DNA of 64,000 nucleotides from Barthelona sp. PAP020 (taxonomy: Eukaryota). Of the stretch, positions 32,345-43,897 are shown one piece after another. The notes under the pieces are model-generated. The model was not told the DNA's origin. It did no database searches and was given only the letters and a program-made list of their open reading frames with translations. A program made the translations under genes and the position numbers. The stretch is from the NCBI GenBank assembly GCA_040182905.1, contig JARQWU010000011.1, forward strand, positions 1 through 64,000, read 5' to 3'. The stretch's first letter is position 1. The number at the start of each line of letters is the position of its first letter.

Positions 32345-33931
32345 TTGCTATGATATATTTCTTAAATAATAATTTAAAGTGGTCAATTTTTGGTTATTAT
32401 TCTTTGCGATGATTGATACTTCATACATCGCAAGGTTATCAAATTTTTCAAAAATGACTTAATGTTTTGATTATATCCTATTAGTGTTTGTAAATATAAC
32501 AAGAAAGGGAAATCTTGAATGTTTTGAAAAAAAATTGGATGATTCACTGTAGATGTTGAAATGCAATTTCACATCAAAGCTAATTTATTTTAAAGATTCC
32601 CCTTTTTGAATTTCTTAACTTTCAAACAACTTTTATTTCAAATATTTATTATTATAAAAAAAGGAGAGTGATGTCAACAAAAATCATCAGCAGCAGAAAA
32701 AAGTTTTTGAATTTCCCTTACTGTTTACATCGGGAGTTATCTTTTGTCAAAAATCAATCCATATTGGTTTGTTCATATTCAGTTTTTGACGAAAGACAAA
32801 TTGTTGCCAAATGATGAAACTCATCTTTGATGATGCAAAATGTTATTTTTTGATAGTTTCAACTTTCAATGATATTAGTTTCAATAAAAGAAACGGTATA
32901 CAATAAAAGAAAAGATATTATGTTTTTTCAATTAACGGCTTTCATTAGATATTCCATTGAAGCTTAAATTCCCTTGGCCAAATGTCGAAACCACAAAAGC
33001 TACAAATACACAGACAATAGTATAAATTTCTTGTTATTAATTGATTGAAGCAAAATTCAAGTGTGCAAAGAAATTTTATTGGTGACTGATTACTGCTATA
33101 AAATGAAACATGAAGCTCTCTTTACTTTAGTAAATTTTTAATTGCTGCAGTTGGATTTTTCTTGTTCTTAACTGCATTGATCAAGAAAAGGAACTGATCA
33201 ACAGAACATCACAAACAATAGCTGATCAAATGCAAGAAAATAGCGATAACTTGGGTGGTAATTTTGGAAATGATCAAATGAATTTCACAATAATTGTTGA
33301 AGTTTGCTGTTGCCTTCAATTCTGTTTAATGGTTTTAGCTTTACTATTTAAAAATATTTCTGCTCCAGGTGTCGAGCATATAGAATAATTTTGGCCTTTT
33401 TTAACAGCTTGATAGTGATAAATGGAATGAGTCTTACGATTTAGAAACTTTTCCATACCAAACTTTTACACCAAAGAAAGACCACTATCCGTCTGCACAA
33501 TTAAAAAAAAAACTGCTTTTAATGAGAAATTTGGCATTTTGAGAAACAAGGAAACAGGCTTATCAGTTGTCAAAAGGGAAAACGTAAGTGCCTCATTAGT
33601 ATCTTTGAGTTTGAAATAATACATAAACTGATTGACTCCCGAATTTTCCCTTTTTGGAATTGGTTTTTTAATGGGCTTTTTCCTTTCATCAACTAATTTT
33701 TTTTTTGCTGAATTTTTCTGTTGTTTGTCTGTTTTTCTTCCTTTTAAATAAAAATTAATGCAAAGAAGAAAATCATTTCCACAATAGTTCTTTGATTGTT
33801 TCTTCATTATCTTTATTTTAACATCAATGTAATTCCTTCAGTTTCTTGTTTATTTTATAATCAAAACAAAGTGAAAATCAGTGTATAAATTCTTGTGAAT
33901 TATTTCATTTGTTTTTAAAAACAAACTCAAA

Positions 33932-34924
33932 ATGATGAAATATTTGCCAAAAAAAGACCCATGGTTAACTTTTAGAGCTTGCATGTGTTTTGCCAGACAA
34001 TATTTGGGTGTCTTTTTGTATCCTTTGATATGTCTTTTAACATTTGTTTTTGTTGGATCTAAATTGGCTGTAATTTTAGCCATAATCGGAGCAAGTATTC
34101 CCCAAATATTACAATTATTTGAAAGTAATCGAATTGGGGGTGGTTATGATGCAAATTGGGTCAGACAATATGGAATTCACAATAAACCTTTAATGGAATA
34201 TTTAGATTTTGAAATTATTTTTGAAGACGAAGATGAAATTGCTGAGTTAATTGATAAGGAACAACAATGTATATATTCCATTCATCCACATGGTTTTTGG
34301 TTTATTGGACTTTCTTTACTTGTTCAAAGCATGCATATGATGTTTGATAAATTTAGAAGTCGTGTTGTTGCTCTTCATACTACTTTCTATTTTCCTTTTT
34401 ATCGTGAAAGTATTTTAAAGGCAGGTGGCATTTATTCAGATTATTACTCTATAAATAAATGTATAAAAACTTTTAAAAATTCAAATATGATGTTTTTACC
34501 AGGTGGACTAGCGGAAATTTTTTTATCTCAACCCAAAAAGTTATCAGTACTTGTAAAAAGAAGAAAAGGGTTCGTGCGCATGGCTGTGATGCATAATTTG
34601 CCTTTGATTCCTGTGATAATGTTTGGAGAAAATGAGTTGTTTGAAAATCCATCCTTTTTAGAGAAGTTTAGAAAAAAGGTGTCAAATTTTACAAAACTTC
34701 CATTCTCTCCATTTATTGGAAATTGGTTGTTCTTTCCTTTCGAAAGACCTGTTAAATGTGTGATTGGAAAACCTATTTATCCTAAAGAGTTCTTTGCTGA
34801 AAGAGATACCTTTGAGTCAATAGTTAATGCCATGCATGATCATTATTGTGAACGTTTGATCGATTTGTTTGAGAATTTTAAGGAAGCTGCAACTTATCCC
34901 AATTTAGAGTTTAATTTAGTTTAA
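33932..34924 (+). CDS. Diacylglycerol/monoacylglycerol acyltransferase (DGAT2 family)
   Basis: N-terminal TM hairpin, HPHG, LPGGLAE, RRKGFVRMA, LIPVIMFGENELF, VIGKPI. Confidence 0.9.
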   Translation: MMKYLPKKDPWLTFRACMCFARQYLGVFLYPLICLLTFVFVGSKLAVILAIIGASIPQILQLFESNRIGGGYDANWVRQYGIHNKPLMEYLDFEIIFEDEDEIAELIDKEQQCIYSIHPHGFWFIGLSLLVQSMHMMFDKFRSRVVALHTTFYFPFYRESILKAGGIYSDYYSINKCIKTFKNSNMMFLPGGLAEIFLSQPKKLSVLVKRRKGFVRMAVMHNLPLIPVIMFGENELFENPSFLEKFRKKVSNFTKLPFSPFIGNWLFFPFERPVKCVIGKPIYPKEFFAERDTFESIVNAMHDHYCERLIDLFENFKEAATYPNLEFNLV

Positions 34925-35048
34925 ATATAGAATTTGTGAGGTTTATAGGTAGATTTGTGAATTTGTGGATTTTATTTTGTGAATTTGTTTGATGTTTGAT
35001 TGGTTTCGTGGTGATAAATTTATTTGCAATTTTTTTTCCTTTAAACAA

Positions 35049-35372
35049 AAAATTTTCCAATACTTTCCAAACTTCATATTGGGACCTGAAGAAATCAGTA
35101 AATAACATACTTTTACCTTTAATCGTATTGAGAAGGGAATCTAGCTTTCCTCAAATGAAACGCTCAGGCTTAGCTGTTTTATTTTTAAGGGTGTTCAACA
35201 AAGAGAGTTGCACTGTAGAGTATGTCAATCTATTGCAGTACTAATTATTCAAAAGTGCAAAAAAGATCCCAGTTTTTTATTTGTCCTAATTGTGATGTAA
35301 CAATTCTTGCAATTTATATTTAAAAGGTCAAAAAATTCTGAAGTGGAATGGGATGAAGTTTGGTATTGAAGG
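35049..35372. mobile_element. Repeat family 1, copy D
   Basis: Aligns with 1291-1600 (GAGAGTTGCAC, TATTGCAGTACTA, TTTGTCCTAATTGTG, AGGTCAAAAAATT). Has its own perfect IR CCAAACTTCAT (35067-35077)/ATGAAGTTTGG (35353-35363). Confidence 0.6.
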
Positions 35373-35376
35373 AATT

Positions 35377-35693
35377 ATTTCCAAGCCAAGAAGCACTGTG
35401 GTATGACTGCATAAAAGAGAATATTGTTTGTTTGGTTAAAGGTTTTCGAGGCCCGATTGATCTGTTGAAAAACTTTAGATTTTCAAAGGAAAAGTTCAAA
35501 CTTTAAAATTTTGCTTTTGCAAAAATACAAAAAGATAGGAATGAAGAATTTCTCCGAAATTCTCCTACTTGATCGTTCCAATTACATTTCAGTCCCTCAA
35601 TTCCCCTCGTGAGATTATGACTGAAATCTGCTAGAATGGGTTTTCCGAGTTTACTTTCTTTGTAAATATATATAGTTGTTTCACAACTGGACC
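35377..35693 (+). repeat. Repeat family 2, full-length reference copy
   Basis: ATTTCCAAGCCAAGAAGCACTGTG...GAGGCCCGATTGATCTGTTGAAAAAC...CACAACTGGACC; highly similar to 63705-64000. Confidence 0.9.
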
Positions 35694-35835
35694 AAAAGAG
35701 CAGCAACAGAAAATTTCCTTTCTGAAAGAATAATTGTTCAGGAAATTGATCTCTTTTTTTTTGATTGAAAAATATTTCAAAATTGACAAATAATTGATGG
35801 AAAAATAAAAGAAAGAAAAGAAAAAATAAAGATAT

Positions 35836-38800
35836 TCAATTAAAATGTGATTTATTCCTCTTAAAAAAATAAAAAACAAGAAAACATACAATAAATACGA
35901 TCAAAGGAAGCAATAAATGTTTGGAAATTAATAACATTGAAGATGTATTCTTTGATAACATGACAAACCCATCTTCAAAAGAACAATCACAAATCAAAGT
36001 GTTTTCAAAATATACAGTTGAACAATAACTATTCCAAGATTCGGAACTGTCAACAACAAAACACGAATAATCATCCAAAAGCGCAACATCATTGATAATT
36101 TTTGAAGAAACTTTTGGTGTTAATTCTCCAAAAGATCTGGACAACCTCTTAGACTGAATATTATTTGAACTTATGGCAAAAATATACATGAATAAATCAT
36201 TTCGATCATCCAAATTCTTTTTATAAATGCCAATCCTCATCGACACTTTGTAATCAAAAGCAATATTCAATGAAGGGAAACTAATATTTGGTTCCGATGT
36301 TATTGTAACACATGATTCTAATGAACCCAATGTAAATTCGGTTTTAGCAAATGAATTGGACATTGCTATACAACCGATTAATTCTTTAATCAAACTGGGT
36401 TCAGTATTTGCATCAATATTGGAAAGAAGCGCTTTGGGTGCTAAAACACAGTATTGAGGTGTTAATAAAACACCAGCAAAACTTACTTCTGACTTAGCGT
36501 TCATTTTTCCATTTATCATTTTCAAATGCTCAAAAATGGTATTGGCTGTGTCAGAAAAGGAAAAATTGATGACACTTTCTTCATTTTTTTGTTCAAGAAA
36601 CATCAACAAAAAGCCATAGTTAAATATGTCCATACTATCAACAAAGATATCTTTACTGGAGGAAACATAAGGCATTTGCGTGAAATGAATCCATTCTTTA
36701 AAAACGCATGGTTGATGATCGTCATCATTGGCAAATATTTCAAACTTTAAAAAATATTCATCTTCAGCATCTATTGAAGCAAGAATAGAAGAAATATCAA
36801 AATATCCATAAAAAGTACTGTAATATTCAAAAAGTAATACACAATATGTTTGCTTACAAACTGAAATTTTCAAAAAAGTTAAAACTTTTGATGAAAACTT
36901 TGTTGAAACTGTCCAAAAATAAGAATTGTCATGAAAAGAAGTATCAAAAACAATATTGACACAGTATAATGATTTCAATTTCTTTGTTACCTCAATACCA
37001 TCTGTATTTTTTTGAATCGTAAACGGAATAGAATCAATAAATCCAGTTGATGTTTGAATAACGTATAACTCCAAATCAAAAACCTCAAAAGATGTAAAAA
37101 CATCCAACTCAAAAAAAAATAAAGAATCTTCTTGATTCTGTTTTGAAAAAATAAGACTATGAGAATGAGAGAATAGATTATAATCATCAATATTCTCACT
37201 AACAGAGCCATTAATAATCAAAATATTATCCTTTTGCTCAACACTAAAATCTGCAATGGGTGGTTCAATCTTCTTCTTCAACACATACTCTTTTGAATAT
37301 TGATGAGTTGCGTTTGAACATTTGATGGACAATATTGAATTTTGGGTTGATGAAATAGAATCATAGGGAACAAACAATACATTTCCAACAACATCAAACA
37401 TGGTTGCTGGTTTCAACTCTACTTCAAGATTTAAAGAACTTGAATCAATGACTATTGATGTGGTAAAACCAATAATATCCACATAAACAACAGATTCAAC
37501 AAATGTGGGCAAATAACATACATTTTGTTCAGCTTTAGTTAACGAAATGGTTGTTGAGATTATCTCAATATCCCCATTCAAGAAATACATGACAATATCA
37601 ACAGATAAAACACTATTATTGTTTAATGATAGGTCAATAGTAAAAGAAGTAAAGCTGATCATTTCATAATCAACGTTCTCTCCTTCAATTGCAATATTCT
37701 TTGTATGAATTGAATAGATCATGTTTGATGTTTCACCAACAATGGTAACCAAATATCTGTTTGAAGAAAGAGGATGCGCAACGTAACCAATTGATGGAAT
37801 CACTTTATCAATGTTTGGCCACACTTCCAAAGTGATATTGTCATTGAAATAAAGTGACCTTTTCCCCACATCATTAATAGCATATATAACATCAGACCTT
37901 GGCACAAGTAATAGAATAGATGAATTTAGACGGGAAGAAGCAGATGGAACAATACTGAGATATGTTTTGTCCACATTAATCTCAGCTTCATCTCCCAACA
38001 TCTGACAAGTAGAATTTTCAAAGATAAAAAGACATGGCAAAGAATTCATTTCACTCTCGTCCTGAATCACAATATTCTCTGAAAATTCTATGGAAATCAT
38101 ACCACACAAGCTTATTCTGGCATTGACTATGAATAAATCTTCAATTGGACAAAAATTATACTTTGAACCACATCCTGCATCCAAGTTATGACATGTTCGT
38201 GTTAACGCACAATATGTGCATTTTCCTGAATTTCCACAACTTTCACAATTAACATAATCTTCACATGTGTCTATTCTTCGATTGCAAACGCTACCATCCC
38301 AACCTTTTTCACATGAACATTTCCCATCGATCAACTTTCCATGAAGACAACCAATTTCATCCAGAGAAATAAGATCATACCTTGCAATAAAACCTGTATA
38401 ACTATTATATGTGTCAGAACTGAATGTGGCATTAGTAAAATCTTCCAACACCAACACAATAGATGAAGATCGATAAAATATGGAAATGTTTCCCCAAACA
38501 TTCAGATTTGTCGAATTCAAAACTTCTCCAAAATCAGCAGAAGTTGAAGCATCCAACATCCCTGATAAACCAGCATAGAATAAACGATCTCCAACAAAAG
38601 TGTAAAACTCAAGCTTATCATACACTAGTTCCAAATCCATTTCAGTGATAGTAATCAACAAAAGGGGATTTAATGACGAAAACGTGGGAATGATTACAAA
38701 TTTACAAAAGGTATCTCCCAAATATCTGGAATAATCTTGATGAGTCTTGAAAACGCCATAATCATTTTCAAAATATTGAATGGACTTACACCTCCAATAA

Positions 38801-41418
38801 CCAAAAGAATACGAAAATTTAACTGAACGATATATATCCTCCACAACGCTACTACGAGTGTACAGAATGATACGAAGAAAGGATAATGCAAATACATATG
38901 ATTTTACTTCAGTGTCATTGGTAATAATTTTTAGCAAATTGCTGTTTCCATCATAGACATAGACATAGTCATTCGATCCTAATTCAATGGTTTCAAATGT
39001 CAATGCTACTTGATTGAAAGTATCATCTGGATTCAAATCCCAAATACAGTTTCCAACCTCAAGATGAACACCATCACTATTACTAACAACAGTTCCCCAA
39101 GATTGTTGCAATTCAGAAATCCCTGAACAACGATAAGACATACACTCAGTGCCAAAAAAATTTGTAGGGCACATACATTTCCCAAAAACACAAACACCAT
39201 CCCCACAATCATCTTCACCTGTGCAAAAATCTTCCGAACAATCAATACCTGTCCCACTTGTACATTTACATTCACCTTTGTGACAAATACCTTTTCCACT
39301 GCATCCATTAAGACATACAGCAGTATTTAAATTGCATGAAATCGCTTCCATAGCTCCAGAAACCACCAAAGCAAAATCTTGAGTGTTTGTTCGAATAACA
39401 TCTCCATATACAATAACTTTGTAAATACCAATCGATGGAGTATCAATAAAAACTCTTTCAACAGTATTTTCATGATCCCAAGAAGTTGTCAAACCATTAC
39501 CTCTATATACATTTCCATTCGGCCCATGTACAGCCAAAGTTAAATCATTAACCAAACAATATACACAATTTGTTGTTGAAGGAGGATCAGTCCAACTCAT
39601 TGCGATAACCAAAGACCGATCGCCTAATACATTAAAACATTGAGTCAATTGTTCATGATTGCCAATAGTATCCATAACATGCTCAAAACGTAAATCATTA
39701 GCATCCGAAGGAGAACTTAAAGGTATCACTTGATCCAATTGAATTCGACCAAACCCCTGCAAATATGATGGTGTTTCTCCCAAATCGACTTGAGTATTCA
39801 ACCCATCCCAATCAACTTTTCCCTTTAAAGTTTGTGAGGATGCAACAAGAGTCGCTTTCATTAAAGCAGCTGTAGGCTGTACACTTGGTGAATCACCAAT
39901 ACTACCAGTTTTGTATCGTCCTTCAACAAAAATTTGTCTGAGAAGTAAAGCCACACCAGCAGCAACAGGCGTAGACATAGATGTACCAGAACGTGCTTCA
40001 ACAGAACAAGTTCCACTATTTGAAGCACTTACGATGTAATCTCCAGGACACAGTATATCAGGTTTCAATCTCCCATCATACGTAGGACCACGAGACGAAA
40101 AATCAGCAACATTTTCACTGGAAAATCGATTAGGATACACAGTAATAGAATAAATATAGGAGCAACAGGGATCAGTGAGACAACAAGCATCTACATACCC
40201 AGCGTTAGAAGTCTGTGAAGCACCTACGGTTAAAATATTCTTAGCAAGCCCTGGATTTCCAATTGTCCCATAACCTAAACGGCCTTCATTGGAAGCAGAA
40301 AAAAGTAAAAGAAAATCAGGATGTTCATAGATAAACCTATCAATATCTACACTTAATTTGGTGTAGTTTTGTTCAATGGAACCCCAACTATTGGTAAAAA
40401 CACGCACTCCAGCAGCGTATGCAGGTGTAAATATCATATCGACAACAGATAAAGGTAAATCAAGACCACTACAATCGCCAAAACATATATCCATAAAGAA
40501 AACCTTGGAATCTGGTGCAATTCCATTGTATCGACTTTTAGATGTGGTTTCTGAAACTGTTTTACCACAAACAGTTCCAACAACGTGTGTTCCATGTCCA
40601 TCAATATCTGTCATGTCATTCTGTAATGTGCCATAGTATACAATTTTTCTATGGTCAGAATAAACAGTGTTTGGCTTGAATTCAATAGAACTATCATAAA
40701 AATAACAACTGTCGATTTGAAGTCCTGTGTCTGCAACTCCAACAAACTGATTTTTACCAGTAATTCCTTTTAAATGAAACACAAAAGAGAAAACATTTGG
40801 TGATCCAGTGCCACTTTGAACAATGGAAGAAGCATGATAATTAGTTTGGTGATATTTTGGAAGATCGGTCAATGCCAAAACATGTGGGATCTTTATTAAA
40901 TCGAACAAAATGTCGGATAAACCTTGTGTCTTGGCACTTGGAATTACTGGTAACATTTCAATGGAAACAGCTATTTGATTTACTGATTGCTTCAAAACAG
41001 AATATTTTATCAACCCAACACTTTGATATTTTGACAAACATTTTTGAACTAATTTTAAATTCCCAGTATGTTCAATAACAAAAGATATTTTGGAATCGTT
41101 TAATTTGGGCTTAATTGTTGTTTTTTTTTCGTTATTTAATATCTCAACGTTGACTAAATTTGGACATTCAGTTAATGCAAGAATACAAGTTGAATTTCCG
41201 TTGACAAAAATAGTATTATTTGAGGAAGATATACTAATATTACAACAATTATTTTTGATAATCGAATAGCAACTGGATATTTCATCGTTAAAGTCCAATT
41301 GCAAAGGATAATTATCTTCAAAAAATCCATGTTCTTCAATAATATCAATAATTGAACATCGAATACAGATACTTGCAATAAATAAACCAAAAACTATTTT
41401 AAATATTACATTTTTCAT
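35836..41418 (-). CDS. Membrane-anchored subtilisin (S8, KP-43/TagC-like) with EGF, CUB, PSI and GPS-like modules
   Basis: Catalytic motifs VADTG, HGTHVVGT, SASNEG, SGTSMSTP; jelly-roll WTDPP..VNDL; tenascin-type EGFs, two CUB-like domains, PSI (CESC....CTYC....C), C-terminal GPS-like Cys motif and one TM. ATG at 41418. Confidence 0.9.
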   Translation of the reverse strand: MKNVIFKIVFGLFIASICIRCSIIDIIEEHGFFEDNYPLQLDFNDEISSCYSIIKNNCCNISISSSNNTIFVNGNSTCILALTECPNLVNVEILNNEKKTTIKPKLNDSKISFVIEHTGNLKLVQKCLSKYQSVGLIKYSVLKQSVNQIAVSIEMLPVIPSAKTQGLSDILFDLIKIPHVLALTDLPKYHQTNYHASSIVQSGTGSPNVFSFVFHLKGITGKNQFVGVADTGLQIDSCYFYDSSIEFKPNTVYSDHRKIVYYGTLQNDMTDIDGHGTHVVGTVCGKTVSETTSKSRYNGIAPDSKVFFMDICFGDCSGLDLPLSVVDMIFTPAYAAGVRVFTNSWGSIEQNYTKLSVDIDRFIYEHPDFLLLFSASNEGRLGYGTIGNPGLAKNILTVGASQTSNAGYVDACCLTDPCCSYIYSITVYPNRFSSENVADFSSRGPTYDGRLKPDILCPGDYIVSASNSGTCSVEARSGTSMSTPVAAGVALLLRQIFVEGRYKTGSIGDSPSVQPTAALMKATLVASSQTLKGKVDWDGLNTQVDLGETPSYLQGFGRIQLDQVIPLSSPSDANDLRFEHVMDTIGNHEQLTQCFNVLGDRSLVIAMSWTDPPSTTNCVYCLVNDLTLAVHGPNGNVYRGNGLTTSWDHENTVERVFIDTPSIGIYKVIVYGDVIRTNTQDFALVVSGAMEAISCNLNTAVCLNGCSGKGICHKGECKCTSGTGIDCSEDFCTGEDDCGDGVCVFGKCMCPTNFFGTECMSYRCSGISELQQSWGTVVSNSDGVHLEVGNCIWDLNPDDTFNQVALTFETIELGSNDYVYVYDGNSNLLKIITNDTEVKSYVFALSFLRIILYTRSSVVEDIYRSVKFSYSFGYWRCKSIQYFENDYGVFKTHQDYSRYLGDTFCKFVIIPTFSSLNPLLLITITEMDLELVYDKLEFYTFVGDRLFYAGLSGMLDASTSADFGEVLNSTNLNVWGNISIFYRSSSIVLVLEDFTNATFSSDTYNSYTGFIARYDLISLDEIGCLHGKLIDGKCSCEKGWDGSVCNRRIDTCEDYVNCESCGNSGKCTYCALTRTCHNLDAGCGSKYNFCPIEDLFIVNARISLCGMISIEFSENIVIQDESEMNSLPCLFIFENSTCQMLGDEAEINVDKTYLSIVPSASSRLNSSILLLVPRSDVIYAINDVGKRSLYFNDNITLEVWPNIDKVIPSIGYVAHPLSSNRYLVTIVGETSNMIYSIHTKNIAIEGENVDYEMISFTSFTIDLSLNNNSVLSVDIVMYFLNGDIEIISTTISLTKAEQNVCYLPTFVESVVYVDIIGFTTSIVIDSSSLNLEVELKPATMFDVVGNVLFVPYDSISSTQNSILSIKCSNATHQYSKEYVLKKKIEPPIADFSVEQKDNILIINGSVSENIDDYNLFSHSHSLIFSKQNQEDSLFFFELDVFTSFEVFDLELYVIQTSTGFIDSIPFTIQKNTDGIEVTKKLKSLYCVNIVFDTSFHDNSYFWTVSTKFSSKVLTFLKISVCKQTYCVLLFEYYSTFYGYFDISSILASIDAEDEYFLKFEIFANDDDHQPCVFKEWIHFTQMPYVSSSKDIFVDSMDIFNYGFLLMFLEQKNEESVINFSFSDTANTIFEHLKMINGKMNAKSEVSFAGVLLTPQYCVLAPKALLSNIDANTEPSLIKELIGCIAMSNSFAKTEFTLGSLESCVTITSEPNISFPSLNIAFDYKVSMRIGIYKKNLDDRNDLFMYIFAISSNNIQSKRLSRSFGELTPKVSSKIINDVALLDDYSCFVVDSSESWNSYCSTVYFENTLICDCSFEDGFVMLSKNTSSMLLISKHLLLPLIVFIVCFLVFYFFKRNKSHFN

Positions 41419-41736
41419 CAACCCATTAATTTTTAAGGATATCAACGACCATTAATTGTTAAGATATCAAAACACAATCAAATTAATTCCTTTTTTTTTT
41501 CACCTCCCATTTTTTTTTTCAAATTTTGTTTATTTTCAAATTTGGTTTTTCATTTGTTGAAAACATAATAAGCGAGAAATTTTAGTGAAAGGATTCAAAA
41601 TATAAATGAGAAATCGCTTTGTTTTTAATTTCCAAAATGATCTTTCTTCATTTATTTTTTAAAACTGAACCCAATTAAAAGAAAAAAAAAGTTCTTTGCA
41701 AAACCCTTCAATTTTCTTTTTTTTTAAATTCATTTT

Positions 41737-43797
41737 ATGACAACTCCAACTCTTAAAACTTGTTTTGAACGTGTGAAACGTTATGTTGAGGTTAATTCTT
41801 TGGCAATCAAAGATCCTTTTATTGATTTTGATCGAAATTTCAGAAATATCATAACCAGATCTCAATTTACGCGTGTTTGTACTTTTTTAAATCTTCCGAT
41901 TACCTCTGCAGAAATGAAAGAAACCTTAGATGCTTTTGACCGAGGTGACGGAATGGTATTGTATAGAGAATTTTTGGATATTGTTGATGTTAAATTGAAA
42001 GAATTTGACGAGACAATTTTAAAGATTGATCAACATATTAAACATAAAGAAACATTTGAAAAAGAACAAATATTAAGATTCATTAAGAAGGCATTTTTGA
42101 TTCAACCTGTACGTTTTGAGGAACAATTTTATTCATTTGATCGGTTAAAGTCTGGTTTTATCAGTAAATCAAATGCTCAAACAGCAATTTGCACAATGTT
42201 ACCATCGTTTGTTCCATATTTTGAAAGTTTGTTTGATATTTATCAACAAGACGACAAATTCAATTATAGAAACTTTTTAAATGACTTGAATTTATATTTG
42301 GAAGAAGATTTTGTTCAAGAGGACATTATTGATCTCAACAGTTTGCCTGAACATTTGCGAGAAATCTATTCTAAGATACATTTTTTTGTTCAAACTCAAA
42401 ATATTCATCTAAAACCCTCCTTTTTTGATTTTGATAGAAATAACAGAGGTATCATAAGTTCTACTCAATTTATGCGTGTTTTTACTCAATTAAAGATACC
42501 AATTAGCAGTCATGAATTGGAGTTGTTGGTGCAACATTTAGAAAAAGATAACTTAATTCATTACCGCCAATTTTTAATCTTTGTTGACAAGGATGTTGTA
42601 TATCAAGATAAATTTGATGTTTTAAATAATTCAATGCCTATTACTGTTAGTATTTTAAAACAAGGAAATGAAGAAAGAGCTCTTAAGAATATTGCAGAAT
42701 TGATTAAGAAGCATTCAATCAGAGTTGAACAATTCTTTATTGATTATGATCATTTGAGAAGGGGAAAGATTCATTTCAGCAAATTTTGTGTTGCTTTAAA
42801 TCAATTACGTCTTTCCATTCCAGCTGAGGACATTGAAGCTGTAAGCAATTCTGAAAAAATCAGAAGTGGTGATGAAATCGACTATAGAAAGTTTATTAGA
42901 ATGATTAATTCTTTGAACAGAGAGGACAATACCACTTCACTTACTGTAGATTCCATTGGTGATTTAATCGAACGTATGAGAAATGTTATGCGTGTTGAAA
43001 ACGTCAGTTTGAAAGCAATTTTCCAAGATTTTGATAAACATAATTCCAGAAAAGTGAGTGTTCATCATTTCAAAACAGCCTTAAATATTGCAGGTTTCCA
43101 ATTGGATACAGCAAGTTTAAATCGACTCGTGAGAGTATTTTGTCCTGACAATAATGACTGCATCTATTATCCTAATTTATTAGAAATTTTAGACCCTAGC
43201 AACATTCAAATTTTTGATATCACTGCCAAATCAACCAAAGTTAACATTTCTAAGCGTCATAGATCAAGAGCTACTTTGATACATACATTACAAAGGGTTG
43301 TCAAAACCAAATCGATCAAATTAGATGAATACCTTGCTGAAGGAGATCGTTTAAACGTTGGTAAAATCACAGTTTCTTGGTTACATCGTTCTTTAAACAA
43401 GTTAGGTTTTGATTGTTCATTGGAAGAAGCAGAAATCATTGCTGGTCCCTACTTTATTGATGATAACAAAGAAACAATGAATTGGAGATCCTTTTGGGAA
43501 AAGTTCATGGCATTGCCTGATTTTGAAGACCAAATTGTTGATATTCCTTCAGAATTAGTTTTAGATTTGAATAAGATAAAGAATTTTGTTCAACAACAAA
43601 GGATTTTACTCAAACCATTCTTTAAAGATATGGATTTCAACAAACGTTTGTTAATTACCACATCTCAATTCGCTGGTGCCCTTTCAAGAGCTAATGTGCC
43701 TGTTTCTTCTCATTTGTTGAATAAGATCATCAAATGGTTGGATAATGGTGAAGGCTTGGTTCAATACAATTACTTTTTACAAGCAATTGAAGAATAA
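41737..43797 (+). CDS. Multi-EF-hand protein (CFAP115/EFCAB6-like, probable axonemal)
   Basis: About seven ~95-aa repeats of the form L..FF.DFD....G.I...QF.R.L....I...E...L........I.Y..F. Confidence 0.75.
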   Translation: MTTPTLKTCFERVKRYVEVNSLAIKDPFIDFDRNFRNIITRSQFTRVCTFLNLPITSAEMKETLDAFDRGDGMVLYREFLDIVDVKLKEFDETILKIDQHIKHKETFEKEQILRFIKKAFLIQPVRFEEQFYSFDRLKSGFISKSNAQTAICTMLPSFVPYFESLFDIYQQDDKFNYRNFLNDLNLYLEEDFVQEDIIDLNSLPEHLREIYSKIHFFVQTQNIHLKPSFFDFDRNNRGIISSTQFMRVFTQLKIPISSHELELLVQHLEKDNLIHYRQFLIFVDKDVVYQDKFDVLNNSMPITVSILKQGNEERALKNIAELIKKHSIRVEQFFIDYDHLRRGKIHFSKFCVALNQLRLSIPAEDIEAVSNSEKIRSGDEIDYRKFIRMINSLNREDNTTSLTVDSIGDLIERMRNVMRVENVSLKAIFQDFDKHNSRKVSVHHFKTALNIAGFQLDTASLNRLVRVFCPDNNDCIYYPNLLEILDPSNIQIFDITAKSTKVNISKRHRSRATLIHTLQRVVKTKSIKLDEYLAEGDRLNVGKITVSWLHRSLNKLGFDCSLEEAEIIAGPYFIDDNKETMNWRSFWEKFMALPDFEDQIVDIPSELVLDLNKIKNFVQQQRILLKPFFKDMDFNKRLLITTSQFAGALSRANVPVSSHLLNKIIKWLDNGEGLVQYNYFLQAIEE

Positions 43798-43897
43798 TTT
43801 AGCTAAAAAATAACAACATAAAACTGTGTAAATTACTGTCCATTCAAAAACGGACTTTTTTTATTTTTTTGTTGAATAAAGAAGAAATTTTTTGTAG

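Noticed and set aside
33000..33810. Short ORFs between Myb and DGAT2
   Set aside because: No motifs, no consistent strand and no clear splice signals.
35430..35456. tRNA-like A/B boxes (TGGTTAAAG, TTCGAGGCCC) in repeat family 2
   Set aside because: The boxes are adjacent with no room for an anticodon arm and no acceptor stem, so tRNA or tRNA-SINE origin is not supported.
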